DNA of 64,000 nt, from the IMG/VR virus record IMGVR_UViG_3300047445_000122. One strand, given 5' to 3'. The notes below the pieces were generated by a model. The model did not search any database, was not told the DNA's origin, and was given only the letters and a program-made list of their open reading frames with translations. Both the position numbers and the translations under genes were made by a program. How positions within the stretch are numbered: the first letter of the stretch is position 1; every line of letters starts with the position of its first letter. Positions 8,852-17,965 of the stretch are shown here, piece after piece. Source of the stretch: a virus. Taxonomy: Duplodnaviria > Heunggongvirae > Uroviricota > Caudoviricetes.

Positions 8852-10871
8852 ACCACTACCCAAGACCCCGACACTCCAAGATGAGTTGAAGGGTCTGAAG
8901 GCTGCAGAGCAAAACGAGTCTGCTGAGATGAAAGAGGCTATCAAAGCCTCTTTCTCAGAAGCGGCCAAGAAGTTGAAGGGCAGTCCATCTGAACAGAAAC
9001 AAGCGCTGAAGACCCTCCAGAACTTGAAGACTGAGGCTGAGCGATTGATCAAGACCACCTCCGATGGCGACGACAACCTGTCTGAGAAAATCGAGGAGTT
9101 GGTCAACGACAACAAGAAGGGCTTCAAGCTCTGGTCCAAGATTGGAGACAAGCTGGATGAGGGCGGTGAAGCAGCCCTGAAGAACATCAAGTCTAGCCTT
9201 GCTGAGAGTTTCGGTGAGGTGGGCGTGTTGACTCAGAATCTTGGGAAGGCAGCATTCTCACTCGGCAAGAAGGCGTTTGGGAAGGGTGACGATGAAGAGC
9301 CAGCCAAGGTCCAGCGTGTTGCGAAGGAACCGGAGCCAGCCGCCAATGACCCGGCTCCTGTGGCGACCCCAAAGAGCGATTCGACGCCGGAAGGCAAACC
9401 ACAAGCCCAAATCATCGACATCACTCCATTCTTGCAACCCATGCGGGAAGATATGGCGGCGATCAAGCAGTCAGCTGACAAACAAACGGATGTGGTGTCG
9501 AAGCTCGCCACCCGTATGGATGACAACTCTCTGAACGAGAACTTGTCTGCCATTAAGTTGTCTACAGATAAGCAAACAGACGCTGTTTTGAGCCTGGTGA
9601 CACGCCTCTCCACACAAACTCCTGCGACGGAGCCAATCGCTGCTCCTAGCCCACCTCCGATGGCTCAGAAGATCACAAAGGAGGCAGTCAAACCTACCCG
9701 TCAGGAGAAAAAGAACTTCAAGAAGGATCAGTTGGCTCAACATGCACTGGCATCCCGTACCGGAGCGCCGCAGCCATCGGAGTTCGCTGAAGCGGCAAAG
9801 AACCTGGACTTGTTGGATCCGATTCATGACAAGCTGAGTATCATCGCTGACGCTACCCAAGAGCAATTGAAGTTGACTCAGAGCTCAAGCCTCATGAACA
9901 ACAGCAATGAACTCCAAGCTGCGAAGCCGGGAGGTGCTGGTGGTGGTGGTGATATCCCTGTTCCGGCTTCTGCTGAGAAGAAGGCGAAAGGCTTGTCGAG
10001 TGATGGTATTGGCTCCCTGTTGGGCGGTATCATTGGTTCAATCGGCAAGGGCGGTATCCTCGGAACCCTCAGCACTGTCTTCACTGCGGTGACTGGATTT
10101 GTAGGTAAGTTCATGAAGCCACTCCTGGGGCTGGGTAAGACGCTCCTGTCTAGCGGCAAGATGATCCCTATCATTGGTCAAGTCGTTGGTATTGTCATGG
10201 CATTGTTTGACTTCATGGACGGTTGGAACAACGCAGCCTCAATTCTTGGGAAAGACGGTAAGCTGTTGACGGTCTGGGACAAGTTCTCAGCAGCCATTGG
10301 CAGTGTGATCGGCGGTCTCGTGAGTTTGGTGGACGATGTCCTGGGCCTGTTCGGGATTCAAACCAGCTTCGGAGACACAGTCAAGAAGGCTGTGGCAACC
10401 TTCATCGATGAGCTCCCTGGCAAGGTCATGGCCTTCTTCGATGACACAATGAAGGACGTGAACGCTGTGATGGCTTCATTCGGCACTTCATTCCTGGAGG
10501 GTATCACGAATCTGGGTAAGCTGGCGTTGAAGACATTCCTGACGACGATTCCTGGTGGATCTGCTCTTGCCAAGATGGCAGGGTTGGATTTGTCAATCAA
10601 GGGCGGTGCAGAGAGCAAGCCATCTGGCGGCGACTCGAAACCGGCTGGCGGTCTGAGTCCTGTGACGAAGCCAACAGCATCCTTCGCTCCGAAGGCTGAG
10701 GCGAACTCACAGACCATCAAGGAAAGTGAACGCGCTGCTGCGACTCCTGTGGCCCCGGTTGTGGCATCGACTAACAACAACCAACAGGTGGTCAACAATA
10801 ACACCTACTCAAGCTCACCTCTCTCCACTAGGGGTGGTGACGAAGACAGCCACCGTTACGGGTTGGTGTAA
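8751..10871 (+). CDS. Tape measure / hub protein (gp29-like)
   Basis: 706 aa, helical with Gly-rich amphipathic region and NNNQQVVNNN C-terminal patch; follows hub. Confidence 0.7.
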   Translation: MTRQEQIQAQNRQMSQVRYPQETRPQAARPPTAKPLPKTPTLQDELKGLKAAEQNESAEMKEAIKASFSEAAKKLKGSPSEQKQALKTLQNLKTEAERLIKTTSDGDDNLSEKIEELVNDNKKGFKLWSKIGDKLDEGGEAALKNIKSSLAESFGEVGVLTQNLGKAAFSLGKKAFGKGDDEEPAKVQRVAKEPEPAANDPAPVATPKSDSTPEGKPQAQIIDITPFLQPMREDMAAIKQSADKQTDVVSKLATRMDDNSLNENLSAIKLSTDKQTDAVLSLVTRLSTQTPATEPIAAPSPPPMAQKITKEAVKPTRQEKKNFKKDQLAQHALASRTGAPQPSEFAEAAKNLDLLDPIHDKLSIIADATQEQLKLTQSSSLMNNSNELQAAKPGGAGGGGDIPVPASAEKKAKGLSSDGIGSLLGGIIGSIGKGGILGTLSTVFTAVTGFVGKFMKPLLGLGKTLLSSGKMIPIIGQVVGIVMALFDFMDGWNNAASILGKDGKLLTVWDKFSAAIGSVIGGLVSLVDDVLGLFGIQTSFGDTVKKAVATFIDELPGKVMAFFDDTMKDVNAVMASFGTSFLEGITNLGKLALKTFLTTIPGGSALAKMAGLDLSIKGGAESKPSGGDSKPAGGLSPVTKPTASFAPKAEANSQTIKESERAAATPVAPVVASTNNNQQVVNNNTYSSSPLSTRGGDEDSHRYGLV

Positions 10872-10873
10872 AG

Positions 10874-10908
10874 AAAAAGCCCCTGGATCACTCCAGGGGC
10901 TTTTGTTT
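10874..10908. terminator. Bidirectional terminator
   Basis: AAAAAGCCCCTGGA/TCCAGGGGCTTTT between convergent genes. Confidence 0.85.
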
Positions 10909-10910
10909 GT

Positions 10911-11174
10911 TCAGACTTCCATCTCACGCATTATGAAGCTGATGATGTCCCGCCGTTCATGCAACTTACCAGTCGGGGCCAGGTAGCGATGGTTGCGGGT
11001 TCCGCTCGCAATTTTCTTGATCACTTCCTTGACGTCTTCATCAGTCATTCCTGCGTGGACCAGTCGGGCTTGGTACACTCGCTTGACCTTGCGGAAGACC
11101 TCATCAGCAGTAGGAGCGGCGGGCTTGTCGATCTTCATACCGCCAGTGCGAGGGTCGAAAACGAATTTGGGCAT
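10911..11174 (-). CDS. Hypothetical early protein
   Basis: AAAGGAAC SD; own early promoter. Confidence 0.75.
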   Translation of the reverse strand: MPKFVFDPRTGGMKIDKPAAPTADEVFRKVKRVYQARLVHAGMTDEDVKEVIKKIASGTRNHRYLAPTGKLHERRDIISFIMREMEV

Positions 11175-11209
11175 AATGTAGTTCCTTTCAGTTGGTGTGA
11201 CTGAAGGAT

Positions 11210-11242
11210 ATTATACCTCAACTATTGAGAAAGTAAAGTGGT
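11210..11242 (-). promoter_or_regulatory. Early promoter
   Basis: CCACTTTACT-N16-TATAAT. Confidence 0.8.
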
Positions 11243-11245
11243 ATT

Positions 11246-11584
11246 TTACCGGCGATGAATTTGACCGCTACACAATGTCTTCTCAACCTCTCCGTCCATA
11301 CCCACAACCTCAAAGTACACTGAGAAGCGCATGTGGGTCTTCGGAACTTCCGAGTCCAACAGCTCAATCCAAATATAGCGTGGGTCTGCGTCAACGTGCA
11401 GTAGATGTTCCAGGAATGGCTTGTCGTCCTGGTAGGACTTGAAGCGGATGACCGCTGGTTGATACTTGTCGAACCTCACCAACTCACCTTCCTCATCAAC
11501 CACAGAGATACGGCGTGCGACGTCATCGCCAATGTACATATGCAATGTCTTCCGGCGCGTGGAGTTTCTTGGGATAATGCTCAT
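11246..11584 (-). CDS. Hypothetical protein, probably late
   Basis: GGGAGG SD; ATAAGTA late-type box on minus strand at 11620-11626. Confidence 0.7.
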   Translation of the reverse strand: MSIIPRNSTRRKTLHMYIGDDVARRISVVDEEGELVRFDKYQPAVIRFKSYQDDKPFLEHLLHVDADPRYIWIELLDSEVPKTHMRFSVYFEVVGMDGEVEKTLCSGQIHRR

Positions 11585-11624
11585 TGTTCCTCCCTATATA
11601 TTCATGTAACACAACAACCTACTT

Positions 11625-12266
11625 ATGAAGGAACCAACCATGCGCCACCAACGGAAAACGAAACAACCGACTGCTCAACACCCTCTCCAGAAGCTGTTGA
11701 TGGCTCAACAAGGTATGGATGACATAGTCCCCAGCTTTAGCGTACCACTGCCTGACGACCAGGTGTTCTACATCTATGGTGAGATCGAGGAGGAGCTGGA
11801 CTATGTGGATATGATTCACTCCATCCGCTACGCCTCCCCTGGTCAACAGATCGTCATTCACATCGCCTCCCCAGGCGGTAGCTTGAATGTGTGTTTGGCA
11901 GTGATCAACGCGATCCGCGCCTCAGCCGGGGAGGTCATCACCATCCTGGACGCTGAAGCTTGCTCAGCCGCAGCCATGATCTGGTTGAGTGGTCACAAGA
12001 AGATCATTGGCTCACGCCACACCTATCTGATGCTGCACGAAGCGGGTTGGGTCGCCGGGGCGAAGACCTCAGAGCACGCCCGTCAGGTTGAGATCATGAA
12101 GAAGGTCACCAACGGACTGATTGAGGAAATCGCCGGGAAGCTGTTGACCACAGCTGAGATGGAGGACTTGAACAAGGGTGTGGACGTGTATCTGTCCGGC
12201 ACTGAGATCACCGAGCGCTGTACTGTTTCACCAGCTGAAGACGGTGGTGAAGAAGTCCATAGCTGA
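11625..12266 (+). CDS. clpP: ClpP-like serine protease
   Basis: YIYGEI, IHIASPGG, ACSAAA (Ser nucleophile), LMLHE (His). Confidence 0.88.
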   Translation: MKEPTMRHQRKTKQPTAQHPLQKLLMAQQGMDDIVPSFSVPLPDDQVFYIYGEIEEELDYVDMIHSIRYASPGQQIVIHIASPGGSLNVCLAVINAIRASAGEVITILDAEACSAAAMIWLSGHKKIIGSRHTYLMLHEAGWVAGAKTSEHARQVEIMKKVTNGLIEEIAGKLLTTAEMEDLNKGVDVYLSGTEITERCTVSPAEDGGEEVHS

Positions 12267-12316
12267 CCCCTGGTGTGGCCCTGTGGATTGTGGCTTTCTA
12301 AGCCTGTCCTAGACAG
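12263..12316. repeat. Bipartite element, inverted copy of 44913-44967
   Basis: CTGACCCNNGGTGTGGC-N24-CTGTCCTAGACAG. Confidence 0.65.
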
Positions 12317-12364
12317 AGCCTAAAATTGACCTAAGTCAAATTGCTGATGTGGAATTCAGACAAG

Positions 12365-12399
12365 AAAAATGCCCTGGGAGCGATCCCAGGGCATTTTGT
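12365..12399. terminator. Bidirectional terminator
   Basis: GCCCTGGGA/TCCCAGGGC stem with A/T tracts. Confidence 0.8.
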
Positions 12400-12642
12400 T
12401 TACAGCTGTTGGAACGGGACTTGAATGATCATGTAGTCCATCGCCGGGAATTCCAACCGCCCTTCATCGTTCGAGGAGTGGACAGTACATACCCCACCAG
12501 GCGCGAAGAATCCCACAGTATCAGTCCCGTAAAGGCCAACGTGGTGACCTTTCTCGTTGTAGAAGAACATGACGGCATCGCCATGCTCAGACTTCACGGC
12601 CTCTTTCCAGGCATGGAGGGAAAATGGATCAGTTTGGCTCAT
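12400..12642 (-). CDS. Hypothetical early protein
   Basis: AAAGGAAC SD; early promoter at 12684-12716. Confidence 0.7.
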   Translation of the reverse strand: MSQTDPFSLHAWKEAVKSEHGDAVMFFYNEKGHHVGLYGTDTVGFFAPGGVCTVHSSNDEGRLEFPAMDYMIIQVPFQQL

Positions 12643-12719
12643 GCTGTAGTTCCTTTCAGGTTGATGTTGTACAACTGAGAACAATTATACTCCATCAACC
12701 TGCTCAAGTAAAGTGGAAT

Positions 12720-12941
12720 CTACTCGTCATCGTATGTGCTGGTCTTCCGGGGCCAGAACGTGTCCACGATCGCGTAGAACAGGGCGGTGATCGGGAAGAT
12801 CAAAGTCAGGGACAGGCGCAGGAGGAGCAACAACACCAATACCACTGCGTCCTTGATAAGGCTCAGATCATTGCCCAGACCCTCCCAGTTGGTCAGGAAG
12901 ATGAGGACATATTGCCACCAGAGTTTCAGGAATTTCATCAC
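12720..12941 (-). CDS. Small membrane protein
   Basis: Hydrophobic segment; GGAG SD. Confidence 0.6.
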   Translation of the reverse strand: MMKFLKLWWQYVLIFLTNWEGLGNDLSLIKDAVVLVLLLLLRLSLTLIFPITALFYAIVDTFWPRKTSTYDDE

Positions 12942-12947
12942 TGCTCC

Positions 12948-13142
12948 TTACAGAGGGAGGATCGCGTCAACAGGCAGGGCCAACTCACCCGGCTTCGTTT
13001 CAGCGTGGTTCTTGGGGTTGACTTCCTTGAGCTGGGCGTGTTGCACGCCACCGATCAAGCGGAAACCCAGGATCACGAAAGTGCCGGCTTTGCGACCCTT
13101 GACGATTTGATTGGTCTTGAAGTTATGGTCAGCCATGATCAC
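12948..13142 (-). CDS. Hypothetical protein
   Basis: Coupled in minus-strand early operon. Confidence 0.6.
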   Translation of the reverse strand: MIMADHNFKTNQIVKGRKAGTFVILGFRLIGGVQHAQLKEVNPKNHAETKPGELALPVDAILPL

Positions 13143-13411
13143 ATTCCATGAAGATAGTCGTTCATCGGGAGTACAGCGCTGTCGGTGGACAAGGACTCCA
13201 ACTTCAGGCTATCGCTCTTGCCGTGCAACTCGACGTCAGACAGAGACATGCTGGAGAACTCACCGGCAGAGGTAACAGCTGCGCCGACCAACTCAGGCGA
13301 CTGTAACAGTGCCTCCGCAACCAAGGAGTGGGTGAGGCTGTTCGGGAACAGGATCGGCACTTGGCGCACGGTTCCCTCGCCAATGGTTTGGGTGAACATG
13401 ATGTACTTCAT
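13139..13411 (-). CDS. Hypothetical protein
   Basis: Coupled start/stop overlaps; phage-like codon use. Confidence 0.7.
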   Translation of the reverse strand: MKYIMFTQTIGEGTVRQVPILFPNSLTHSLVAEALLQSPELVGAAVTSAGEFSSMSLSDVELHGKSDSLKLESLSTDSAVLPMNDYLHGM

Positions 13412-13716
13412 CAGAACACCATAACCGAGAACATCAGGATGCCGTCTTCAACGGTCAGGCTGATGGCCGAGCCCATGCGGAGGGTACGTTGCGATACGTA
13501 CAGTGGAGCGCCTGGTTGTTTGCCGTAGCCGTCGCTGTGGATGGCCTTGATGATCGTTGCCTCGCTCTCAGAGTTGAGCTTGATGGAAGCCCAGCTGTAT
13601 TGGATGCTGTGTGGTTCGATGGTGAAGCCGGTCTGGATGTTGTCAACATCACAGTTCAGGGTAGCACCCCAGAGAATGTGGGCCAGCAGCGACTGGGCTT
13701 TTTCTTGTTTGTTCAT
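13411..13716 (-). CDS. Hypothetical early protein
   Basis: AAGGAG SD; early promoter 13753-13785 (TTTACT-N17-TATGAT). Confidence 0.7.
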   Translation of the reverse strand: MNKQEKAQSLLAHILWGATLNCDVDNIQTGFTIEPHSIQYSWASIKLNSESEATIIKAIHSDGYGKQPGAPLYVSQRTLRMGSAISLTVEDGILMFSVMVF

Positions 13717-13829
13717 GATGTGGTTCTCCTTCAGTGGGTTGATATGTAAGATATCATAACCCACGTTCTTGAGGAAGTAAAGTGGGTTCCAAAAATAAAT
13801 TTGACCCCGTTGCCGGGGTCAGGTTCCGC

Positions 13830-14507
13830 TTACACGCGCTTGATTTCGATGCGGGCGGCTGCGGTGTCGATGTCCACGCCCTTCTTCTTGAAGAAGTCCT
13901 CAGCGTTGATCATCACGTTCAGGCTGGACACGCTCATGAATTCCTTGTAGAAGGCCACGCTGTTGTCGGCGTTGTAGCCGGTGAAGGACCAGTTCACTTT
14001 CACTTTACCGGAGGCGGTCACGACAGGAGTCACAGGAGCGGCAGACGTCACAACCTTGGTTGCTGGGGTTGGCTTGTCGCCCAGAACTTCATCCAGCAGC
14101 TTTGCGCTGTCGTCAGCCGACAGAAACTTGGCAGCTTCCATCAGACCCTTGGAACGCAGGGTGGCTTCTGCGACGGCCAGTTGGGCTGGAGTTGCGTCAG
14201 TCACATAACCCAGAGCGATCGCAGCGAACCAGCCCAGGTCAGTCAGGGTGGTGCCGGCGCTGTTCGGTTCACCCTTGGAGCCTTCCGATACGTTGAACAG
14301 ACCCTTCTTCACCATCGAGGAAGCAACGCCGCTGTAGGAGCGTGGGGTGCCTGGGAAGTGATCCGACACCGAGAACGTCCAGGTGCCGCCATCGGTGAAG
14401 TTGGCCTTGTTAGCCATCGTCACATCGCTGCTGTGATATTCGCTGTCGAAGAAAGCCTTGATTGCTGCTTGTTCGTTTGCGGTCAGGTTCAGTTTAGCTG
14501 CGGTCAT
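13830..14507 (-). CDS. Hypothetical Ala-rich early protein
   Basis: AAAGGAAC SD, strong codon bias, early promoter 14563-14596. Confidence 0.8.
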   Translation of the reverse strand: MTAAKLNLTANEQAAIKAFFDSEYHSSDVTMANKANFTDGGTWTFSVSDHFPGTPRSYSGVASSMVKKGLFNVSEGSKGEPNSAGTTLTDLGWFAAIALGYVTDATPAQLAVAEATLRSKGLMEAAKFLSADDSAKLLDEVLGDKPTPATKVVTSAAPVTPVVTASGKVKVNWSFTGYNADNSVAFYKEFMSVSSLNVMINAEDFFKKKGVDIDTAAARIEIKRV

Positions 14508-14636
14508 GATAAAGTTCCTTTCAGTGGTTTAGAGGTTCGGTCTTTCTCAACCGATGAAGAGAATTATACGTCACAATATTGATCAAGTAAAGTGGTTTAT
14601 CGAAATTTTTTAAAAATATTTTCCGCCCAACAACGA

Positions 14637-14643
14637 CTAAGTA
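14637..14643 (+). promoter_or_regulatory. Late promoter for gp5-gp25 operon
   Basis: CTAAGTA about 33 nt before ATG 14676. Confidence 0.7.
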
Positions 14644-14675
14644 TAACACTACATATCACCCAATAGGATCAGCTG

Positions 14676-15683
14676 ATGATCAAGCTAGAAAATCTGTACT
14701 ATGGGATCGTGGAAGATGTGAATGACCCATTCTTCTTCGGTCGCATGAGGGTGCGCATCTTCGGCATCCACAACAAGGACACCAACGCTGTCCCCACTGA
14801 TACCCTGCCGTGGTGTGAACCACTCATGCCTCTACCCAACCCATTCATCTCAGGCGTAGGGGTCTCACCTACCGGGATGGTCAATGGCAACATGGTTGTA
14901 CTCCTCCCGAAAGACCCAGACCTGCTCCAAGAGTGGATTGTGTTGGGTTCTGTAGGCGGTCTCCGCAAGTCACCATCCACTGGAGGGTTCCGTGACCCCA
15001 AGGGTGAGTACCCTCGCAATACAACCAATCACGACACCAATGTGTTGGTGCGCGGCAAGACCGGGGCGCAAGTCGATGTCTTGGGCGAAGGGTCTGGTGG
15101 CGACGGCAAGATGCCTTCTGGTTACGGGCCTGTTGCTGACAAAGTCGCTAACCGCACTACATCGGAGGTTCAAGCCCCAATTGACCAAGGTGTCCCACCT
15201 CCACCACCTCCAGAGACCCGGACGGACACACCATGGATGCCATTCGCAGTCCAGCAAGTGGGAGTGAATGAGACAGACAACCCAGACAAGATCAAGGAGT
15301 ATCACACCAAGGGCGGCGGCTCCTCTACATGGGGCGGTGAGGTTCCATGGTGCTCCTCTTTTGCGAACTGGGTCCTGCTCCAAGCCAGCCTCAAGGGAAC
15401 CATGCTTGCCAATGCACGCAGTTGGGACAAGTATGGAGTTGATGTTCTTGGTGACAAGACATCCATCCCATACGGAGCCATTGTTGTGATCCAAGGTAAT
15501 CGTGGTCCCAACTCAGGTCACGTGTGCTTCGCCACAGGGGTTGAGAATGGGCGTGTGAAGGTTGTTGGCGGCAACCAGGGTTCCAAGAACGCACAGAACG
15601 GAGGCGAGGTCACCAACAGCTCATTCCCATTGAGTGCTGTTGTGGCTGCTCGTATGCCTCCTGGTTTCGACAAGAAAGGATAA
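14676..15683 (+). CDS. gp5: gp5 N-terminal part: OB-fold + TIGR02594/CHAP-like amidase
   Basis: YGIVEDVNDP...GRMRVRIFGIH...LPW (gp5 OB); VPWCSSF...ARSW...GHVCF...GGNQ. Confidence 0.85.
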   Translation: MIKLENLYYGIVEDVNDPFFFGRMRVRIFGIHNKDTNAVPTDTLPWCEPLMPLPNPFISGVGVSPTGMVNGNMVVLLPKDPDLLQEWIVLGSVGGLRKSPSTGGFRDPKGEYPRNTTNHDTNVLVRGKTGAQVDVLGEGSGGDGKMPSGYGPVADKVANRTTSEVQAPIDQGVPPPPPPETRTDTPWMPFAVQQVGVNETDNPDKIKEYHTKGGGSSTWGGEVPWCSSFANWVLLQASLKGTMLANARSWDKYGVDVLGDKTSIPYGAIVVIQGNRGPNSGHVCFATGVENGRVKVVGGNQGSKNAQNGGEVTNSSFPLSAVVAARMPPGFDKKG

Positions 15684-15686
15684 CAC

Positions 15687-17486
15687 ATGGCTATCACTGA
15701 TGGTCCAAAGGTACTCTCCCAGGAACATGTCCGCAAAATCTTTGAGATCAGCGACAGCAAGGCCGGGGAGTGGCACCCATATATTCAACAGGCTTGCGAT
15801 GAGCGCCAAATCAACACAGTGTTCCGCTTAGCAGCCTTCCTCGCAAACGTGAAGGTTGAATCCGGCTCCCTGGGAACCCTCGCAGAGAACCTCAATTACA
15901 GCTCCTCGCGTCTGCTCCAAGTGTTCCCCAAATACTTCAAGGACAAGGATACAGCAGACCAATACGCAGGCAAGCCTCAATTGATTGCCAATCGCGTGTA
16001 TGGATCGCGTATGGGGAATGGCTCTGAGGACACCGGCGATGGTTGGGCATATCGCGGTCGTGGTTGTATTCAGCTGACCGGCAAGTCCAACTATGAAGCA
16101 TGCACCAGGGCAGGTGTGTCTTGTCTTGGCGCCAACTCTGACTACCTGTTGACGAAGGCAGGCGCGATCCGGTCTGCGGCTTGGTTCTGGGACTCCAAAG
16201 GTCTGAATCGTCCTGCTGATGCTGCTGACTTTGATACAGTCTGTCGTCGCATCAACGGAGGTACACAAGGACTGGCAGAGCGCAAGACGGCTTATGAGTT
16301 GGCCCTGGTTGTGTTGTCAGACCTGCCTGACGGCACCAAGGTCAACACTGACCCAACTGATCCAGGAACCGGCGATGACAATCAGCTGGAAGTACAAGCC
16401 AAGCCTCCAATTGATCAAGTTGATCCAAAGCACACCACGATCCAAGAGCCGATTGCGGCGGGACAAGCTCAATATCCATGGAACCAGGCTCATGAATCCC
16501 GTTCTGGTCACGTCATTGAGATTGATGACACTCCTTCTGCTGAACGCCTCCACTGGTACCATCGTTCAGGCACGTACACTGAGTTCCAACCGGACGGCAC
16601 TATGGTGTCGAAGGCCATCAAGGATGCATACTTGTTTGTGAATGGCAACTCGTTCCGGGATATCAAAGGTGATGAGACAACCAAGACAGGTGGTCAATCA
16701 TATGAGAAGATCGGCAGTGAGAAAGTGATTGAGGCAGGTTCAACTATCACCCTCAAGAATGACTCACAGATCCAGCTCGACTCCCCTGAGGTTGTTGCTC
16801 GTGAACATGCCACCATCCCTATCATCAGTTGTCAAATGATCAAGATGCGACCAGGCGACAAGAGTTCAGGCGCTGTAGCAGACCTCAAAGCACGTGACGC
16901 TGACCATGCCGATCATGCCGCATGCGCAGATTGGTCTCTGAAGGCTGGTGGATTGGGCCCTGGCAAGTACAAACCCAAGACCGGCTCTATGTTGAGCGGC
17001 AGTTGGGCAAGCCTGGCTGACTATGGCGCTTACGATGGGTCTGTGGACTTCACTCCGATTTCAACCACCAATGGTGAGTCATCACTTGGATTCTCCGAAG
17101 ACTTCACTGACTTGATCACTGAGGTTGTCAGCGACAGCGAGACCAAGATTGAAGGCAATGACATTCTGACAGTGAACCAAGACCGCGTGATGAAGTCGGG
17201 TGGCGACGTGCTTGATCATAACCTGGGTGAGCGTGAGATTGCTTCCGGCGAGGAGTTGAAGATCATCTCAGACGTCAAGGTCACTATCAAGGCTCCTTCC
17301 ATCAAACTGGATGGCCCTGTCACATCAGCCCCAGCGAAGGCTTTGATGTTCACCCCAATCGCAAGCACCGCAGAGCTGGGCGCGGCCAGCGCAGTGCCCT
17401 CCGGGACGGTCGCTGTGTATATCGACAACACAGGCGCTCTGAAACGTGCTCAAAGCAACGGGACGACATGGACTGTCCTGACCTAA
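15687..17486 (+). CDS. gp5: gp5 C-terminal part: GH19 lysozyme + spike beta-helix
   Basis: GH19 (VES, YRGRGCIQLTG) then YPWN..HESRSGHVIEIDDTP.AERL..YHRSGT as in gp5C; own AAAGGA SD. Confidence 0.85.
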   Translation: MAITDGPKVLSQEHVRKIFEISDSKAGEWHPYIQQACDERQINTVFRLAAFLANVKVESGSLGTLAENLNYSSSRLLQVFPKYFKDKDTADQYAGKPQLIANRVYGSRMGNGSEDTGDGWAYRGRGCIQLTGKSNYEACTRAGVSCLGANSDYLLTKAGAIRSAAWFWDSKGLNRPADAADFDTVCRRINGGTQGLAERKTAYELALVVLSDLPDGTKVNTDPTDPGTGDDNQLEVQAKPPIDQVDPKHTTIQEPIAAGQAQYPWNQAHESRSGHVIEIDDTPSAERLHWYHRSGTYTEFQPDGTMVSKAIKDAYLFVNGNSFRDIKGDETTKTGGQSYEKIGSEKVIEAGSTITLKNDSQIQLDSPEVVAREHATIPIISCQMIKMRPGDKSSGAVADLKARDADHADHAACADWSLKAGGLGPGKYKPKTGSMLSGSWASLADYGAYDGSVDFTPISTTNGESSLGFSEDFTDLITEVVSDSETKIEGNDILTVNQDRVMKSGGDVLDHNLGEREIASGEELKIISDVKVTIKAPSIKLDGPVTSAPAKALMFTPIASTAELGAASAVPSGTVAVYIDNTGALKRAQSNGTTWTVLT

Positions 17487-17500
17487 CATAAGGAACGAAA

Positions 17501-17920
17501 ATGGCAGCAAACTTCTACAGCGACAGGGCTGACGGCACGAAGGTGCACTATGTGGACTTTGACTTGAACCTCACTGTCCATCCTGTGACCCGCGACTTCG
17601 TGATGAAGATCAACGAGAAGGCTATCATGCAATCCCTACGGAACTGTGTGATGGCCTCTGAGGGAGACTTCGTGATGGAGAATGATATTGGGGGCGGTCT
17701 GGATGACCTTCTGTTCGAGAGCAACAGCGCATTGATTGTTTTCAACGCCAAGCGCCGGATCGAGGAGACTATCAACAATCACGAGAAGCGCATTGAGTTG
17801 ATCGATGTGAATGTATTCCGCACTGAGGACTTACACGGCATCGTGTTCGAGATTCAATTCATGTTCGCCAACCGTCCTGACATCGTCACCGAGACAATCC
17901 GCGTGGATCGGAGGCGCTAA
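17501..17920 (+). CDS. gp25: Baseplate wedge subunit (T4 gp25-like)
   Basis: DFDL....HPVT.D....N..AI.QSLRN...G....LFE...I...I.NHEKRI. Confidence 0.9.
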   Translation: MAANFYSDRADGTKVHYVDFDLNLTVHPVTRDFVMKINEKAIMQSLRNCVMASEGDFVMENDIGGGLDDLLFESNSALIVFNAKRRIEETINNHEKRIELIDVNVFRTEDLHGIVFEIQFMFANRPDIVTETIRVDRRR

Positions 17921-17922
17921 AA

Positions 17923-17962
17923 CAAAATGCCCCTGGGATAGTCCCAGGGGCATTTTTCTTTT
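17923..17962. terminator. Bidirectional terminator
   Basis: GCCCCTGGGA/TCCCAGGGGC stem with A/T tracts. Confidence 0.85.
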
Positions 17963-17965
17963 GGC

